Source of the DNA: Tubiluchus corallicola
Taxonomy: Eukaryota; Animalia; Priapulida
Length of the DNA: 64,000 nt
Direction: 5' to 3'
Assembly (NCBI GenBank): GCA_030141605.1
Contig: JAQGDQ010001009.1
Coordinates: forward strand, 6,872-70,871
Below are positions 46,019 through 59,089 of the stretch, one piece after another (the first letter of the stretch is position 1; every line of letters starts with the position of its first letter). The position numbers were made by a program, and so were the translations under genes. A model generated the notes under the pieces. It was not told the origin of the DNA. It did not search any database and was given only the letters and a program-made list of their open reading frames with translations.

Positions 46019-46740
46019 ATCTTTATTTGCCATTTTAAAAACATTGACCATCATAATAAAAGACAGACAATCAGTGTTAGTTCATATAAAAACATACACT
46101 GTTCTGAACAAATGCGTCTGGTGCAAGCTAAATTATAAGTGCAACTAGAAATTTAAAAATAAAATAAAAACTAGTTTAGTAAGGTCTAGGAAAAATGAAA
46201 TTATGATTTCAGTAAGTATCATCGTGTTAGTATGTCGGATATTCAAAACGAGTCACTAAATGTTTTTTTTAAATTTAGATTTGAATATTGATAAAGAGCT
46301 GCTGTGTTTTAGTGATGTCGGTAATGAATTCCAAAGTTGTATTGCTTGCTTGGCAATGGAATTCTTTCCTTATTGGTTGTTCGTTCTAATGTTTCTTAAA
46401 TTTAGTGTTCTGTTATTCATACTGGGGTTTTTAAGAAGTACGAGCTCATTGTTTTTGAAAGGAGAATTAATATTGTTGATATATTCATAGAGAAACAGGA
46501 GAGTTTGATAATCTCTGTGGGCTTCTAATATCGGGATTTTCATGGAGTTTCCTAAAGAGGTGGCAGAATATTTACTTGTATTGTGAGATGATTTCAAACA
46601 ATGACCATTAATTATTATGTAATTTTGTGTAATAGGGGACTAATGAATTTTTAAGAATAACTAAAGATTTTACTGCCCGAAATTTAGATTTACGAGAAAT
46701 CCCCCAAGCAGTCATTAAATATAGTAAAAGTGATATTGAT
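46019..46740 (-). mobile_element. CR1/L2-group LINE 3' relic
   Basis: Minus-strand ...AIQLWNSLPTSLKHSSSLSIFKSK; tail atggcaaataaagat plus (ACT)n. Confidence 0.7.
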
Positions 46741-47107
46741 TATGATATATTTTGTATATTATGTAAAAATACATACATTAAATCGTTTTGAAAACCCAAC
46801 ATACGTAAACGATAATATATATTCATCCACAAATTTTATTTACCCACGTCCATTTTATATTGTATGTATATATTGTATATAGTCTATTATAATTTCCGTG
46901 TAACATTATAATGTATATTTTGTTTTAAATTTTTGGCACAGTAGTTTTTAGTTTGCACGGGACGCATTTGCCTTTAACAGTTGTGTGAATTTTATTCTCA
47001 TGCTGCGATGTTCTTTTTTGCTTTCATAGTTATGAATATCGATTTTTATGGCAAATAAAGATTATTACATACATATATATTATCAATTTGGAAATGCAAG
47101 TATCGCA

Positions 47108-47322
47108 ACAGATATCTTTGTGGGGCAGCTCCAGTTTATCCATATTCTTTAGATACAGCTCCCTTGAATATTCTAGTACAGATATCTTTGTGGGGCAGCT
47201 CCAGTTTATCCATTGTCTTTAAGTACAGCTCCATTGAATATTCTAGTACAGATATCTTTGTGGGGCAGCTCCAGTTTATCCATGTTCTTTAAGTACATCT
47301 CCCTTGAATATTCCAGTACAGA
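47108..47322. repeat. 70-bp tandem repeat x3
   Basis: acagatatctttgtggggcagctccagtttatcc. Confidence 0.9.
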
Positions 47323-47687
47323 GAGATAATAGAAAACTTGAGGTTTTAGCCTGCAGATTTCTAACAGGTCAAGGCAATTTCAATGATTTCCTATTCAATA
47401 TTGGTGGCTATGCAGACAATAATATGTGGGGGGGGGAGTGTTTAGAGGGGAGGCTAACCCCCCATATCATCTGTCTGTTTGAATGGAAATTCGTAAGTCG
47501 CATTAAATGAGATAACTTTGTAAGCGTTTTGCAGCACCAGGATGTTAATTATATGTTAATTAATTAACTTGTCTTGATAATTTGATTTTATTTAACTTTG
47601 CTAATATTTTGTTAGATAATTTTATTTTATCACTAACCTAATGAGGTTAATTAATTTTAGAAAATTGCTATCAATGTCAGTTATTAA

Positions 47688-47762
<75 letters not shown>

Positions 47763-47766
<4 letters not shown>

Positions 47767-48310
47767 ATCTTTATTTGCCATAAAAAATGACTATTCATTA
47801 GCATAAAAGAACATCGCAGCATGAGGATAAAATTCACACAACTGTTAAAGGCAAATGCGTCCAGTGCAAACTAAAAACTACTGTGCCAAAAATTTAAAAC
47901 AAAATATACATTATAATGTTACACGTAAATTATAATAGACTATATACAATATATACATATAATTTAAAATGGACGTGGGTAAATAAAATTTGTGGATGAA
48001 TATATATTATCGTTTACGTATGTTGGGTTTTCAAATCGATTTAATGTGTGTACTTTTAATTTTGATTTGAATTCGTCGGAAGACTTGATTTGTTTTAAAT
48101 TTGATGGCAGGGTATTCCAGAGTTGTTTTTTTTAATTTTGTTTAATTATGTGTGTTCTTGGATTTAATGTTGGCTCCAAGGGGAGTGGAAACTCTTTTTG
48201 ATGAAGGGCGTCCTAATATTGTTGAGGTATTTGTATAAAAACAGGATTGTGTAGAAATCTTTATGTGCTTGTAAAATTGGGATTTTAAACATTGTTATGA
48301 CTCTCATGAT
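47763..48310 (-). mobile_element. LINE 3' relic (inverted partner at 46780-47070)
   Basis: LWNTLPSNLKQIKSSDEFK on the minus strand; shared 3' tail. Confidence 0.7.
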
Positions 48311-48316
48311 TATTGG

Positions 48317-48389
48317 AGCACGGTAGTCTAGCAGTCACGACACTCGCCTCCCAAGCGGATAGCCCCTGGTTCAATTCCCGGCTGTGTCA
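48317..48389 (+). pseudogene. tRNA-Gly(CCC)-like pseudogene or SINE head
   Basis: A-box-like ggtagtctagcag, anticodon arm ctcgc-ctCCCaa-gcgga, B box ggttcaattccc; stems are imperfect. Confidence 0.55.
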
Positions 48390-48581
48390 AAACTCATTCA
48401 GATTTTCAGATCTTTCGAACAGACGTTTTTTCAAAAATATAGAAATTGTCAATTTATTTCATCATTAAAATAGATTTTTTTCCCTATAATAATGTCCTGT
48501 ATGATGTCTTTATTAATTTAAAGGAAAACAGGATGATTTTTCATGTACTACTCTATTTTGAAGCATGTGAAGCAAAAATAT

Positions 48582-48759
48582 TGAGTCAATATTTGAGTCA
48601 ATATTGAGTCAGACCGAGGGCGTATCTAGACCTGTACTTTTACCCATATTTTTGTGGATTATTGCTACACATTCAGTGCAAACGGTATGTACGAAGCTCC
48701 TCCAGTGATACGAGATGTTGAGTCAATATTGAGTCAATTATGCGGAGTTATTTGAGTCA
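48582..48759. promoter_or_regulatory. Cluster of six AP-1 consensus sites (TGAGTCA)
   Basis: Sites at 48582, 48594, 48605, 48719, 48730, 48753; ~0.7 kb upstream of the Gly-rich gene 2 ATG. Confidence 0.5.
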
Positions 48760-48885
48760 ATTAGTGACAGTTTTATGTATGTTTGAATAGGAGAGACAAT
48801 TAAGCGACTGAGTCTATTAACCGTGAGTTTATTAAGCGGCGCCTAGTGTAATTAGAAACATAAATGACCCCAAAAAACCGTCTTT

Positions 48886-49100
48886 ATGGCCTGCCTTACT
48901 TAGCAAAGAAAAACTGTATCTCAAGTGAGATGGTCTGCCTTACTTAGCAAAGAAAAACTGTATTTCAAATGAAATGGTCTGCCTTACTTAGCAAAGAAAA
49001 ACTGTATTTCAAATGAGATGGCCTGCCTTACTTAGCAAAGAAAAATTGTATTTCAAATGAGATGGCCTGCCTTACTTAGCAAAGAAAAACTGTATGTCAA
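48886..49100. repeat. 44-bp tandem repeat, ~5 copies
   Basis: atggcctgccttacttagcaaagaaaaactgtatttcaaatgag. Confidence 0.9.
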
Positions 49101-49436
49101 ACAGAGAGTGCAAGTTAATGAGACGAAAAGAATAAACAAACCAGAACGACGCTTGATCAGAAAATAGGGCGCGAAACGCATGCCGGGATAACTGGAGCGG
49201 AGAGTTTCTCTTTCTGGACATCTGAAAGAGCAAATTTTCCGAGTGCCAAACAAAATTTGCGAGAGAAAAATTAGATAAACGCAGATTGGTTGAGTTGATA
49301 AAGAAATAAATCCTGTTAAGCGTGTCTAAAAGAAAATTCTAAGAAAGTTTTGTTTGTATGATGTGATCGTGTCGTATAATCCGAAATCAAAACACGAAAC
49401 AAAACTGAAATCGAACGTTGCTAAACGAGTAATAAA

Positions 49437-51225
49437 ATGAGGGTTGTTTCGTCGCAGGTTTTTATTGCCTTCTTGCTTTTATGTCAGGTGAGTGAGTAAT
49501 TTGCAATTTCGAAATCAAAAACTGAAACAAAACTGAAATCGAAAGTTGCTAAACGAGTAATAAAATGAGGTTTGTTTCGTCGTAGGTTTTCATTGCCTTC
49601 TTGCTTTTATGTCAGGTGAGTGAGTAACTGGCAGATTTTAATGAATAACTCGCTTAAGGTAAGGCTAGGTCATCCATCCAGTTACATTATCTTCAAATTG
49701 TTGCAGAACTATATAAAGTCCACTAAACGTTTTGCTAGTTGATTGTAAGTATAATTGTATTTTAAGTTATTATGTAGTCTGTCTTTCAATCAAGTACTCA
49801 TTAATAAACAACTTATGCTAGAATCAACTATATGTACTGCTGTAATAACTGTAATATTACACTAACTGTACTAATTCCACCTGCATTGCATTTTTGAATT
49901 AAGTAGCAACATTGTACATTACAATGTACAACTTATACTTTGCATGGGCTTATAGGTACATCGAGAATCGTTTCTGTTATCTATTGTATGGGTTTTGTAA
50001 ATTTTAATTAAGTATTAACTAATGAACTAGTCGTATATTTCAATTAACTATTTTGAGTTATTACATACTCGAACTAACCAATTGTATATTTCATGACTGC
50101 ATATAGTGGAAATACTGTGATCAATAATAGTTACTGTGTTGTAAATCCATTCAAAATAAATAAAGTTTATATATATAGTGTATATAAAATTATTTGTATA
50201 TTATTATAGTATATATAGTAGTATATATATATGTATATATTATTAGTATTATTATACAAATAATGTATTTTGTATATATATATACAAAATAAATAAAGTT
50301 TATATATACAATATACATTATATATATAAACATTATATATATATACCCTATTTATATATATAGGGTAAGCTGCTATACTTTAATTTTTAATAGGGCGAAG
50401 CTACTTAAATTTACATTGTTTGATGATGAATAAAATGAGTGTTGAATCATTTTTAGATACAGATGTGCACTAAGGATGGTGATTAAGGAAATTAAAACAA
50501 AACATTAATCTTTCTTGAAAATAAGATAGTGCTGTTCTGAGATTTGCCATGGTCATAATCGTAACAGAAGTTAAAATGCCCATAAATCTGAAAAAAAATC
50601 TTTATTTTTTCTTCGGAAGCTTTCGTCCTCTTGGACTTCATCAGCTGCATAAAAAGATACAATTATAAAAATTACAGATGAAACTACATTAAAATAAACG
50701 TGAACAATGCCTGTAAAATAAAGGGTAAATAATAATAATAAAGGGTAAATATTAATAAACAATACAAAATAATACCCTTAATAATAATAATAATTTAATA
50801 ATAATAATAAATTCAGATTAAGTCTGAGAGGACGAAAGTTTCTGAGAAAAAATAAAGAATTTTTTGAGATTTATGGGCATTTTAACTTCCTTTACGATTA
50901 ATCCTTTCTTTCTTTCTTAATTTAGAATTTTCACTACACGCATTGTCATGGTGGCTATGGATATGGCGGCCCTGGTTACGGTGGCCATGGTTACGGTGGC
51001 CATGGATACGGCTATGGAAGACCCTATCTGTACAAGCTGATCAGCCTTATAACGACGACGACAACCACCACCACCACGCCTAGCCCTGGGACGATAGACA
51101 GACGTTTGTTTGTGCTGGAATTGTTTCTTGGCTTGAAAGCTGCTGGTTATGGGAGAAGCGGTTACGGTGGAGGTTACGGCGGAGGTTATGGTGGTGGTTA
51201 TGGAGGTTATGGTAAAAAGAAGTGA
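49437..51225 (+). CDS. Secreted Gly/Tyr-rich protein 2 (116 aa); exons 49437-49487 and 50926-51225 (absent from the ORF track)
   Basis: MRVVSSQVFIAFLLLCQ|NFHYTHCHGGYGYGGPGYGGHG...RPYLYKLISLIT9PSPGTIDRRLFVLELFLGLKAAGYG...GGYGKKK*; phase-0 GT-AG intron. Confidence 0.8.
50557..50900. mobile_element. Penelope-like inverted terminal-repeat relic
   Basis: ~80-bp inverted repeat (50557-50640 vs 50820-50900) containing hammerhead cores. Confidence 0.65.
50611..50650 (-). ncRNA. Minimal type-I hammerhead ribozyme motif
   Basis: Minus strand cag-CTGATGA-a-gtcc-aaga-ggac-GAAA-gctt-ccg. Confidence 0.7.
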
Positions 51226-51381
51226 GGTTACGTAGGAGTTTTTTGCTGCTTCTGTGATAAAAATGCCACATGCATGACAAATAACTGTGAGTCATTGTAA
51301 AACCATTTCGTCAGGTCTATAGCCAAGCTCTCTTCTCATTATAGTAGACTATACTCAGTCGTGTTGCAATAAGTTTACGAC

Positions 51382-51751
51382 TAATAAGCCTTTTCACAGT
51401 TTCGTTGTGCGCAGGTGCAATTGCTGTAGGTCAAAGGTTACGTATATCCCAGCAACGTGTCTTAGCTACAACCGCCACGTGACATGTGGGTACAGCAAAG
51501 CAACAGTTTAGTAACGTCAGTTGTTTTACGTGGACTTAAAATCATGCATTAGCCAGTGTGGGATCTTGCTTGGGGACAAGAAGAAATGAACTAAGTAAGG
51601 ATCTATAGCTAGCATTCGTCCGTTTTTTAATTACTGTTACAATAGCCTGGACATTGTCAATCAAATATACACAAATGCGTTGTCTGGTGCAGTTAAACTT
51701 TGAGCTTTTCACGATCATCATCAATCGCTGGAACTGTGAAAAGGCTTATTA
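51382..51751. mobile_element. PIF/Harbinger-like MITE
   Basis: TIRs taataagccttttcacagtt / aactgtgaaaaggcttatta. Confidence 0.65.
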
Positions 51752-52216
51752 ATGTTACATGTCCTGCAAGAGGTCCATACACTACACTTTACACTCTTAT
51801 TACGTTCTAATGCAGTAAGTATTCTGCAGTAAGGTTTTGCAACAGGCTCTTTTGCTTCACGTGTGTCACAGATCTCAATGGAGTCGGTTGCTCGCCGGGT
51901 GGCGTCAGATTCGGGCTATTGTCTATTGTCACATTGTTTATCTCGTGTTTGCTTCATTGTTTTTCTAGTAGTAAATGGTTCTTGCGTTGTTTAGCACTCT
52001 GTTCTCTTACAGCCCGTAACCTCGTGGTTATTAGATGGCAATTAGATGGGCATTGAATCCATTGAATCTTTAATTTAAGTTTATATAAGCAATAAAACTA
52101 ATGTAAACATTTGATGCGTTCATCTTAGTAGCTTGATTTACGATGTGCAATCTAAAGGTTCAACAAATTATAAGTTCATGGACTAAAAAGTAATCGAGAT
52201 AACCACGAGTAGTTGC

Positions 52217-53373
52217 GTCAAGGTACGACTTCGCATCGGTACGTAATGCGCAATGCGTGATCTGTAATACGTATACAGCGGTTTGCATTTAAACACGTAG
52301 ATGTGTTTCCTTGTGTACGTAATGCGTGATCCGTGATGCGTATACAACAGTTGGTATTTAAACATGTACAAGTGTTTCCAGGTGTACGTAATGCGTAATC
52401 CGCAATGCGTATACAACAGTTGGTATTTAAACACGTTGAAGTGTTTCCATGTGTACGTAATGCGTGATGCGTGATCCGTAATGCTTCTACAACAGTTGGC
52501 ATTTAAACACGCAGATGTGTTTCCTTGTGTACGTAATGCGTGATGCGTGATCCGTAATGCGTATACAACAGTGGGCATTTAAACACTCAGATGTGTTTCC
52601 TTGTGTACGTAATGCGTGATGCGTGAGCCGTAATGCGTATACAACAGTGGGCATTTAAACACGCAGATGTGTTTCCTTGTGTACGTAATGCGTGATGCGT
52701 GATCCGTAATGCGTATACAACAGTTGCCATTTAAACACGCAGATGTGTTTCGTTGTGTACGTAATGCGTGATGCGTGAATCGTAATGCGTATACAACAGT
52801 TGGTATTTAAACACGGTGAAGCCGTGATCCATATTCATTCGAACGTGATCACTGTCCTTCGAATACGCATCACGCCGCAATACGCAGACGGAAAACCGCC
52901 GTTGCCTAGGTGATAGCGAGTTTTCAAGTTTTCGGTGACTATACGGTGACACAGTGACTATTTTCACTGTTTAGCTTTCTGAAAATTCTAGTTAGGCGAG
53001 TTTTGGTCACTTTAGGACCTGCAAACAATAATATTTTTTCTATTTGAGTTTTTGAGAGATGGAAGAAGCATGTAGTTATGTGTTGTGCATCTAACTGCAG
53101 TTCTTTCACTAAATGATCATACCTGCCTTATTGTTTTCTCCCCTGCAAAATGTTGTTCACCCAAAACTTTTGCTTCCTTTTGAATTTTTCCGTCTAATTA
53201 GCGTCTAATGAGAAGCAAATGCTTGGACTGCAATTATCACGCTTAAATTTACGACCAAAAGTGACGGAAAGATCCAGCGTTTACAGACACATAGAAACGG
53301 TCAATACGCATCACGCATTACGGATTACGCATCACGCATTACGCATTACGCGCTCATGGAGTCGTAGTTTTAC
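52217..53373. mobile_element. TIR element whose left subterminal repeat expanded into a ~76-bp satellite (52240-52815)
   Basis: Right end 53303-53373 is the reverse complement of the left end and satellite unit (gtaatgcgtgatgcgtgatccgtaatgcgtat). Confidence 0.7.
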
Positions 53374-53509
53374 ACTGAATCGCCTGCTGTAAGACGACCG
53401 AGTGATAGTCAATGCAGATCTGTCGTATTAGCATTTAGTCCAAAGTCTTTGACAACTTTGAAGCATAAGAAGTGCAGCTGTGAATTTGATATGATACAAA
53501 AAATATCAT

Positions 53510-53860
53510 ATTTGATATATGATATGATATGATATGATATGATATGATATGATATGATATGATATGATATGATATGATATGATATGATATGATATGATAT
53601 GATATGAAATGATATGATATGATATGATATGATATGACATGACATGACATGACATGACATGACATGACGTGACATGACATGATAAGATGTGATGTGATGT
53701 GATGTGATGTGACGTGACGTGACGTGACATGACATGACATGACATGACATGACATGACATGACATGGCATGACAAGACATGACATGACATGACATGACAT
53801 GACATGACATGACATGACATGACATGACATGACATGACAAGACATGACATGATATGATAT
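53510..53860. repeat. (GATAT)/(GACAT) microsatellite
   Basis: Seen directly. Confidence 0.95.
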
Positions 53861-54459
53861 AATACAGATGTTGTTATCTGACTGATATGACAGTATTGTT
53901 ACTGTTTTATTAAGTTTTGTTGAGTTTAATGATTCCTTTATCGATCTTATAAGTTTCATAGGTTTAATAATTTTTAATTTTTTAACTAAAGTTATGCTCT
54001 ATCTTGTTCACTAAATTGTTGACATATTATGTAGTTTTAAATAAATATTTGTTATTGTCTTTTGTTATCTTCTTGTGTTGAATTGTTTTGTGTTTAGTTT
54101 GTTGTGTTGAAAAACAAATAAAATCGACGCCATTTAAATATCGTTCGCAAACAAGTTAATAGATTGAATTTTTTGAATTGTGATGGTTTTGCTTGAATAA
54201 CAAATGCCTTTCTCGTTTCGGTGAAGAAGACAAGTTTTAGTCAGAATCATGAGTCATCTTTCTAGCTTTTCTACACATGACTGCTTCTACAAGATAAAAA
54301 TGAAATTAATTTAAACTGCTAATTAAATGCACAGTTTGGTTTGAACCCACATAATTTTGCTCCAAATAAGTGGAAAGGCTTTACGATCCGAACTCAAATC
54401 TCTGGAATGCATTTCAACAAACATTTCCGTCACCACAAGCAACGGATTAATTATTACGG

Positions 54460-55013
54460 ATCGTGTACAGGTACTGTAGAACTGCAGCACCCCCTTTTTC
54501 ACTCAGTACTATTGATTATATTCAATATAATAAGTCTTTTTTTCTTTAGTTCTTTCTTTCTTTATACTTGTACGGAACCAGAGCACGTGAGGGTGTACTG
54601 TTTGATTCATAGCCCAACACAGTGCTCTTACAGCTGCATTCACAGCTCAACACAATGATCTTACAGCTCCAGCAACGCGCTGTGTGGCTGTGGTGCTCAT
54701 GCGGCCATGCGCACATGTCTGAGCCCAAGTAGAGAAAGCACTGTCGCTCACACAGTTTGTTGTCAGTTACCGTGAATGGATCAAGCTTGAACTGCGACAA
54801 CTAGGCTGTTAGTAAGCAAACAAAAAATTTGTTTAGGATTTTACGAAGTTTCTGTATGAACTTTCGTATGATTTTTTGTTTATTATTAGAATTAGAAATT
54901 GCAATATTGAAATTACACACGCTTGTTTGGTTTTGGTTTTACACAGTATTAAAACAATGGCTAAAAATTTTCCAAAGCAGCACCCCACTAACTTTAGCTT
55001 CGATCCGCCGCTG
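54460..55013 (-). mobile_element. hAT-like MITE, inverted copy of the 31548 family
   Basis: Collinear reverse-complement match; ends ttagcttcgatccgccgctg. Confidence 0.7.
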
Positions 55014-55261
55014 ATTTTTACAATCTAATGCCAAGAATGTGGATTGGAAAACATTGTAAATAGAAGATCCATACATTATTCACATCCAGACTGTACATCA
55101 ACTTTGCACATTTTCTATCTTCTAAGATTGTTATGAAAATTTTATTTATTGCACTTTCAGACAACGAACATATAAAAATCGTAGTCAAATCCACACGATG
55201 TCTTCTTGAGCCAAGAATTTGTAATATACTAGTACAAAAGCAGTATGACATCACTGTCCAG

Positions 55262-55652
55262 TCTTGTTCCGTTCCATTGCATTCCGTTACATTCCGATCT
55301 TTTCTGTTCTATTGTGTTCTATTCTGTTGTGTTCTGTTCTGTTTTCTCCTGCTCTGCTCTGCTCAGTTCTATTCTGTTCTGCTCCATTCCGTTCCGTTCC
55401 GTTCCGGTCAATTTCTGTTCTGTTCTGTTGTGTTCTGTTCTGTTCTGTCCTGACCTGTCCTGTCCTGTCCTGTCCTGTCCTGTCCTGTCCTGTCCTGTCC
55501 TGTCCTGTCCTGTCCTGTCCTGTCCTGTCCTGTCCTGTCCTGTCCTGTCCTGTCCTGTCCTGTCCTGTCCTGTGTCCTGTTCTGTTTCATTCCATTCTGT
55601 TCTGTTCTGTTTCGTTCTGTTCTCTTCTGTTCTCTTCCGTTCCATTCCGTTC
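55262..55652. repeat. Pentanucleotide microsatellite (TGTTC/TGTCC); similar tract at 56640-56910
   Basis: Seen directly. Confidence 0.9.
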
Positions 55653-55999
55653 AATGTGCAAATGAAAGATGCAGAGTTACAAAACATAACGCCATTAGTA
55701 GGCCATCATAAACATTTCCTAGACTAAATCTGTAAAGACTCGTGCAAATTATTCTTTAATTAAAATACGCGTTCTACACTCCAGTGAACCCAACTGTTTT
55801 TGATGGTCAACGGAACGAGACAGAACAATCTCTCAACTTAATACCTCACCGACTTTGCAAGATCCACAATCGTAGACGAGTGTGTCCTTGGTACCATGAA
55901 TTCTTTTTCTCCTGGTTTTGTAAATCTCCTTTGATTTAGTAGAATTTCCGAGTTGCCGGTCTAAAGTGGAACGAAGATAAAGATCAGATGAAGAGGGAA

Positions 56000-56130
56000 T
56001 ATAAAGGCCTCCCCCTCGGCATTGGCCCGCTTAGAGTTGACCGTTTGAGTGATCTGTACTTAGTAGCGCCAAGGTGGTGCAAGGAGCGTTTGTGAATTTG
56101 TGAATTCTGGATACCTGTTTTGCACGCACG
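56000..56130 (+). promoter_or_regulatory. Putative TATA promoter and non-coding exon 1 of Gly-rich gene 3
   Basis: TATAAAGGC at 56000; consensus donor G|GTAAGT at 56131; the next exon has an acceptor just before its ATG. Confidence 0.55.
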
Positions 56131-57197
56131 GTAAGTGTTCGACAATTCATCTAATTTTTACTACAATTTATAATTTATTGGGTGAACGTACATTAGCAAA
56201 ATTATGCTGTCATTAATTAATTACAAAGAACCAGTCAAAACAAATGTATGAACAAGATGTTACGTAGCACATTAACAAACAAAAAACAACATCAAACTCT
56301 GATGTATGTCATAAACACAACTTCACATACACATTTAACTCACTAAAATTCATAAGAAAGTTAACAATTCAATTTTATAAATACAAAATTCTATACCTTC
56401 CTCCTATTTACAAAATATTTATTTATTAGCTTACAAACAATTGTTAGTATATCTAGATCTTTGTTCCCTACGATTTTAATACAATGTATTGTGATTATGT
56501 TGTATTTGGTGTGTTGTTATTTTCACAATACGCTGCTTTACTTCCGTTTTTTTCATTTATAATATCAAATAACATTTTCTGTGAATTCTGGGTACTCTTG
56601 GAGTGTAATAGAAATAACATGTTTTTACGTATCCAAATAGATTTCTATTCTATTTTGTTCTGTTCTGTTCCGTTGCGTTCCGTTACGTTACGTTCCGATC
56701 TTTTCTGTTCTGTTGTGTTCTGTCCTGTTCCGTTCCATTCCGTTCTGTTCTATTCTCGTCTGTTCTATTCTATTCTATTCTATTCTATTCTATTCTATTC
56801 TATTCTATTCTATTCTATTCTATTCTATTCTATTCTATTCTATTCCATTCTATTCCATTCTATTCCATTCTATACCATTCCATTCCATTCCATTCCATTC
56901 TGTTCTGTTCTATACCACATGCAGTTCTGTTTTGTAATAATCACATTGATGTAGCTTATATGTCTTCTACGCTTGTGCTATTACCAGTCGTGATCAGTTT
57001 TCTGTGTGTTTGTAGCTGACAGCTGATAGGCTCGTTTCATAATTAATTTTGTGTATGTATTTGTGTAACTATATATGTATGTATGCACGTATTTAATTGT
57101 ATATTAATTTTGTTTTATTGATACGCCAATAAAATTTAATAATAATAATAGCAACAACAACAACAATAACAATAATAATAAGAACAACAACAACAAC

Positions 57198-57231
<34 letters not shown>

Positions 57232-57344
57232 GCACTCTGCTCTAGGAATGACAAATTAAGAACTCAAAACTTATTTCCAAAGTAGTCCCGTCCCGGTTAT
57301 TATTACCCGCGTGTTACTTCAAAAAACCCGTGCGCTTTGTCGAA

Positions 57345-57425
57345 CAGCCAAGACTCGATCGGGAGTTGAACCAGCGACTTCTCAGTTGGGAAGCGTGGAC
57401 GATACGATTGAGCTGTACCGCCCCG
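57345..57425 (-). mobile_element. tRNA-derived SINE head
   Basis: Minus strand cagctcaatcgta...ggttcaactcccgatcgagtc. Confidence 0.5.
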
Positions 57426-57858
57426 AGTCTAGCAGGTTCTCGTTACGTTACTTTGCAGTTCTCTCTGCGGAAATCGTTCTTATCCACTCATCTACATACG
57501 CAAAAAGTAGAGCTCTGTAGTTTTTTAGAGGTTAATCAGTTTGCGGATCTTTCTTTTGAAGATCGGAAGTTTGATGGCAGTAATTGAAACCGGAAACGTT
57601 TGTAAATTCACATAACAATGGCGATTAATCGTATCTTCTTGATCAGATTCGAACCAGCACCCTCAGACTGTTGATCAGTTGGTTGTGTATATGTCTGCTA
57701 TACTTCATGTTAAACACTGTTATTACTTATGATCTAATGCTTTGTGCAGTGCAACATTGTCTTTTGAACATCATAACACATCACGTTGAAGATTCACACT
57801 GAACTGCAGTAGTCAAGGTAAAAGTGTGGTAATGACGACCTTATACCAGAGTAGGCTA

Positions 57859-58291
57859 CAATGGCGGCTCGTAGCTAAAACTAGTGGGGTGCTGCTTCAG
57901 AAAATTTTTAGTCATTGTTTTATTGCTGTATAAAACGAAATAAACATGTGTAATTTTAATGTTGTAATTTGTAATTGTAATTTTAAGGTTGTAATTTGTA
58001 ATTGTAATTTTAAACAAATCAAACATACAAAAATTTATACATAAACTTGATAAAATCCTAAACAAACAATTTTTTGCTTACGAATAGCCTAAATTGTCGC
58101 AGTTCAAGAATAAGTTGGTAAACAGTTTTTAATCACGTGACAACTGACAACAAACTGTGTGAGCGACAGGACTTTATCTAGCTGAGTTCAGACATGTGCA
58201 CATGGCCGCATTACAATGTTTAATGATTAAAACAATGGCTAAAAGTCTACTGAACCAGCACCCCTCTAATTTTAGCCAGGAACCGCCACTG
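57859..58291. mobile_element. hAT-like MITE derivative with two left-type ends
   Basis: caatggcggctcgtagctaaaa... and ...ttttagccaggaaccgccactg. Confidence 0.65.
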
Positions 58292-58644
58292 GTATATTAT
58301 AGTGTATCTTTGAGTATATAGGCGACCTTTCAATATTCCTTGTCGTGAAGATATGATTTGTACTTTAATATTTTATATAATAATAACGTACTACATTTAG
58401 CAATTAAACACGTTAAAACGGTAGTTTAGAAATGTAAATTTTTGGTTATTTCAGTTATTATGGTCTACAGTATTACGTTTCCTATCACTTAATTACCAAT
58501 TACAAACATCAACCGAATATAAGTTTAAATTGAGAACGGCGCCATAATTAGTTTTGTTTAATCCTTTCTATTATTTGTGCAGTAGACCGAACACGCATAT
58601 TATGTTTTGTAAAATACAGTATTTTCAGTATAATAAAACATTCC

Positions 58645-59089
<445 letters not shown>

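Noticed and set aside
48317-48389. Functional tRNA-Gly
   Set aside because: Acceptor, D and anticodon stems contain mismatches; treated as a pseudogene or SINE head
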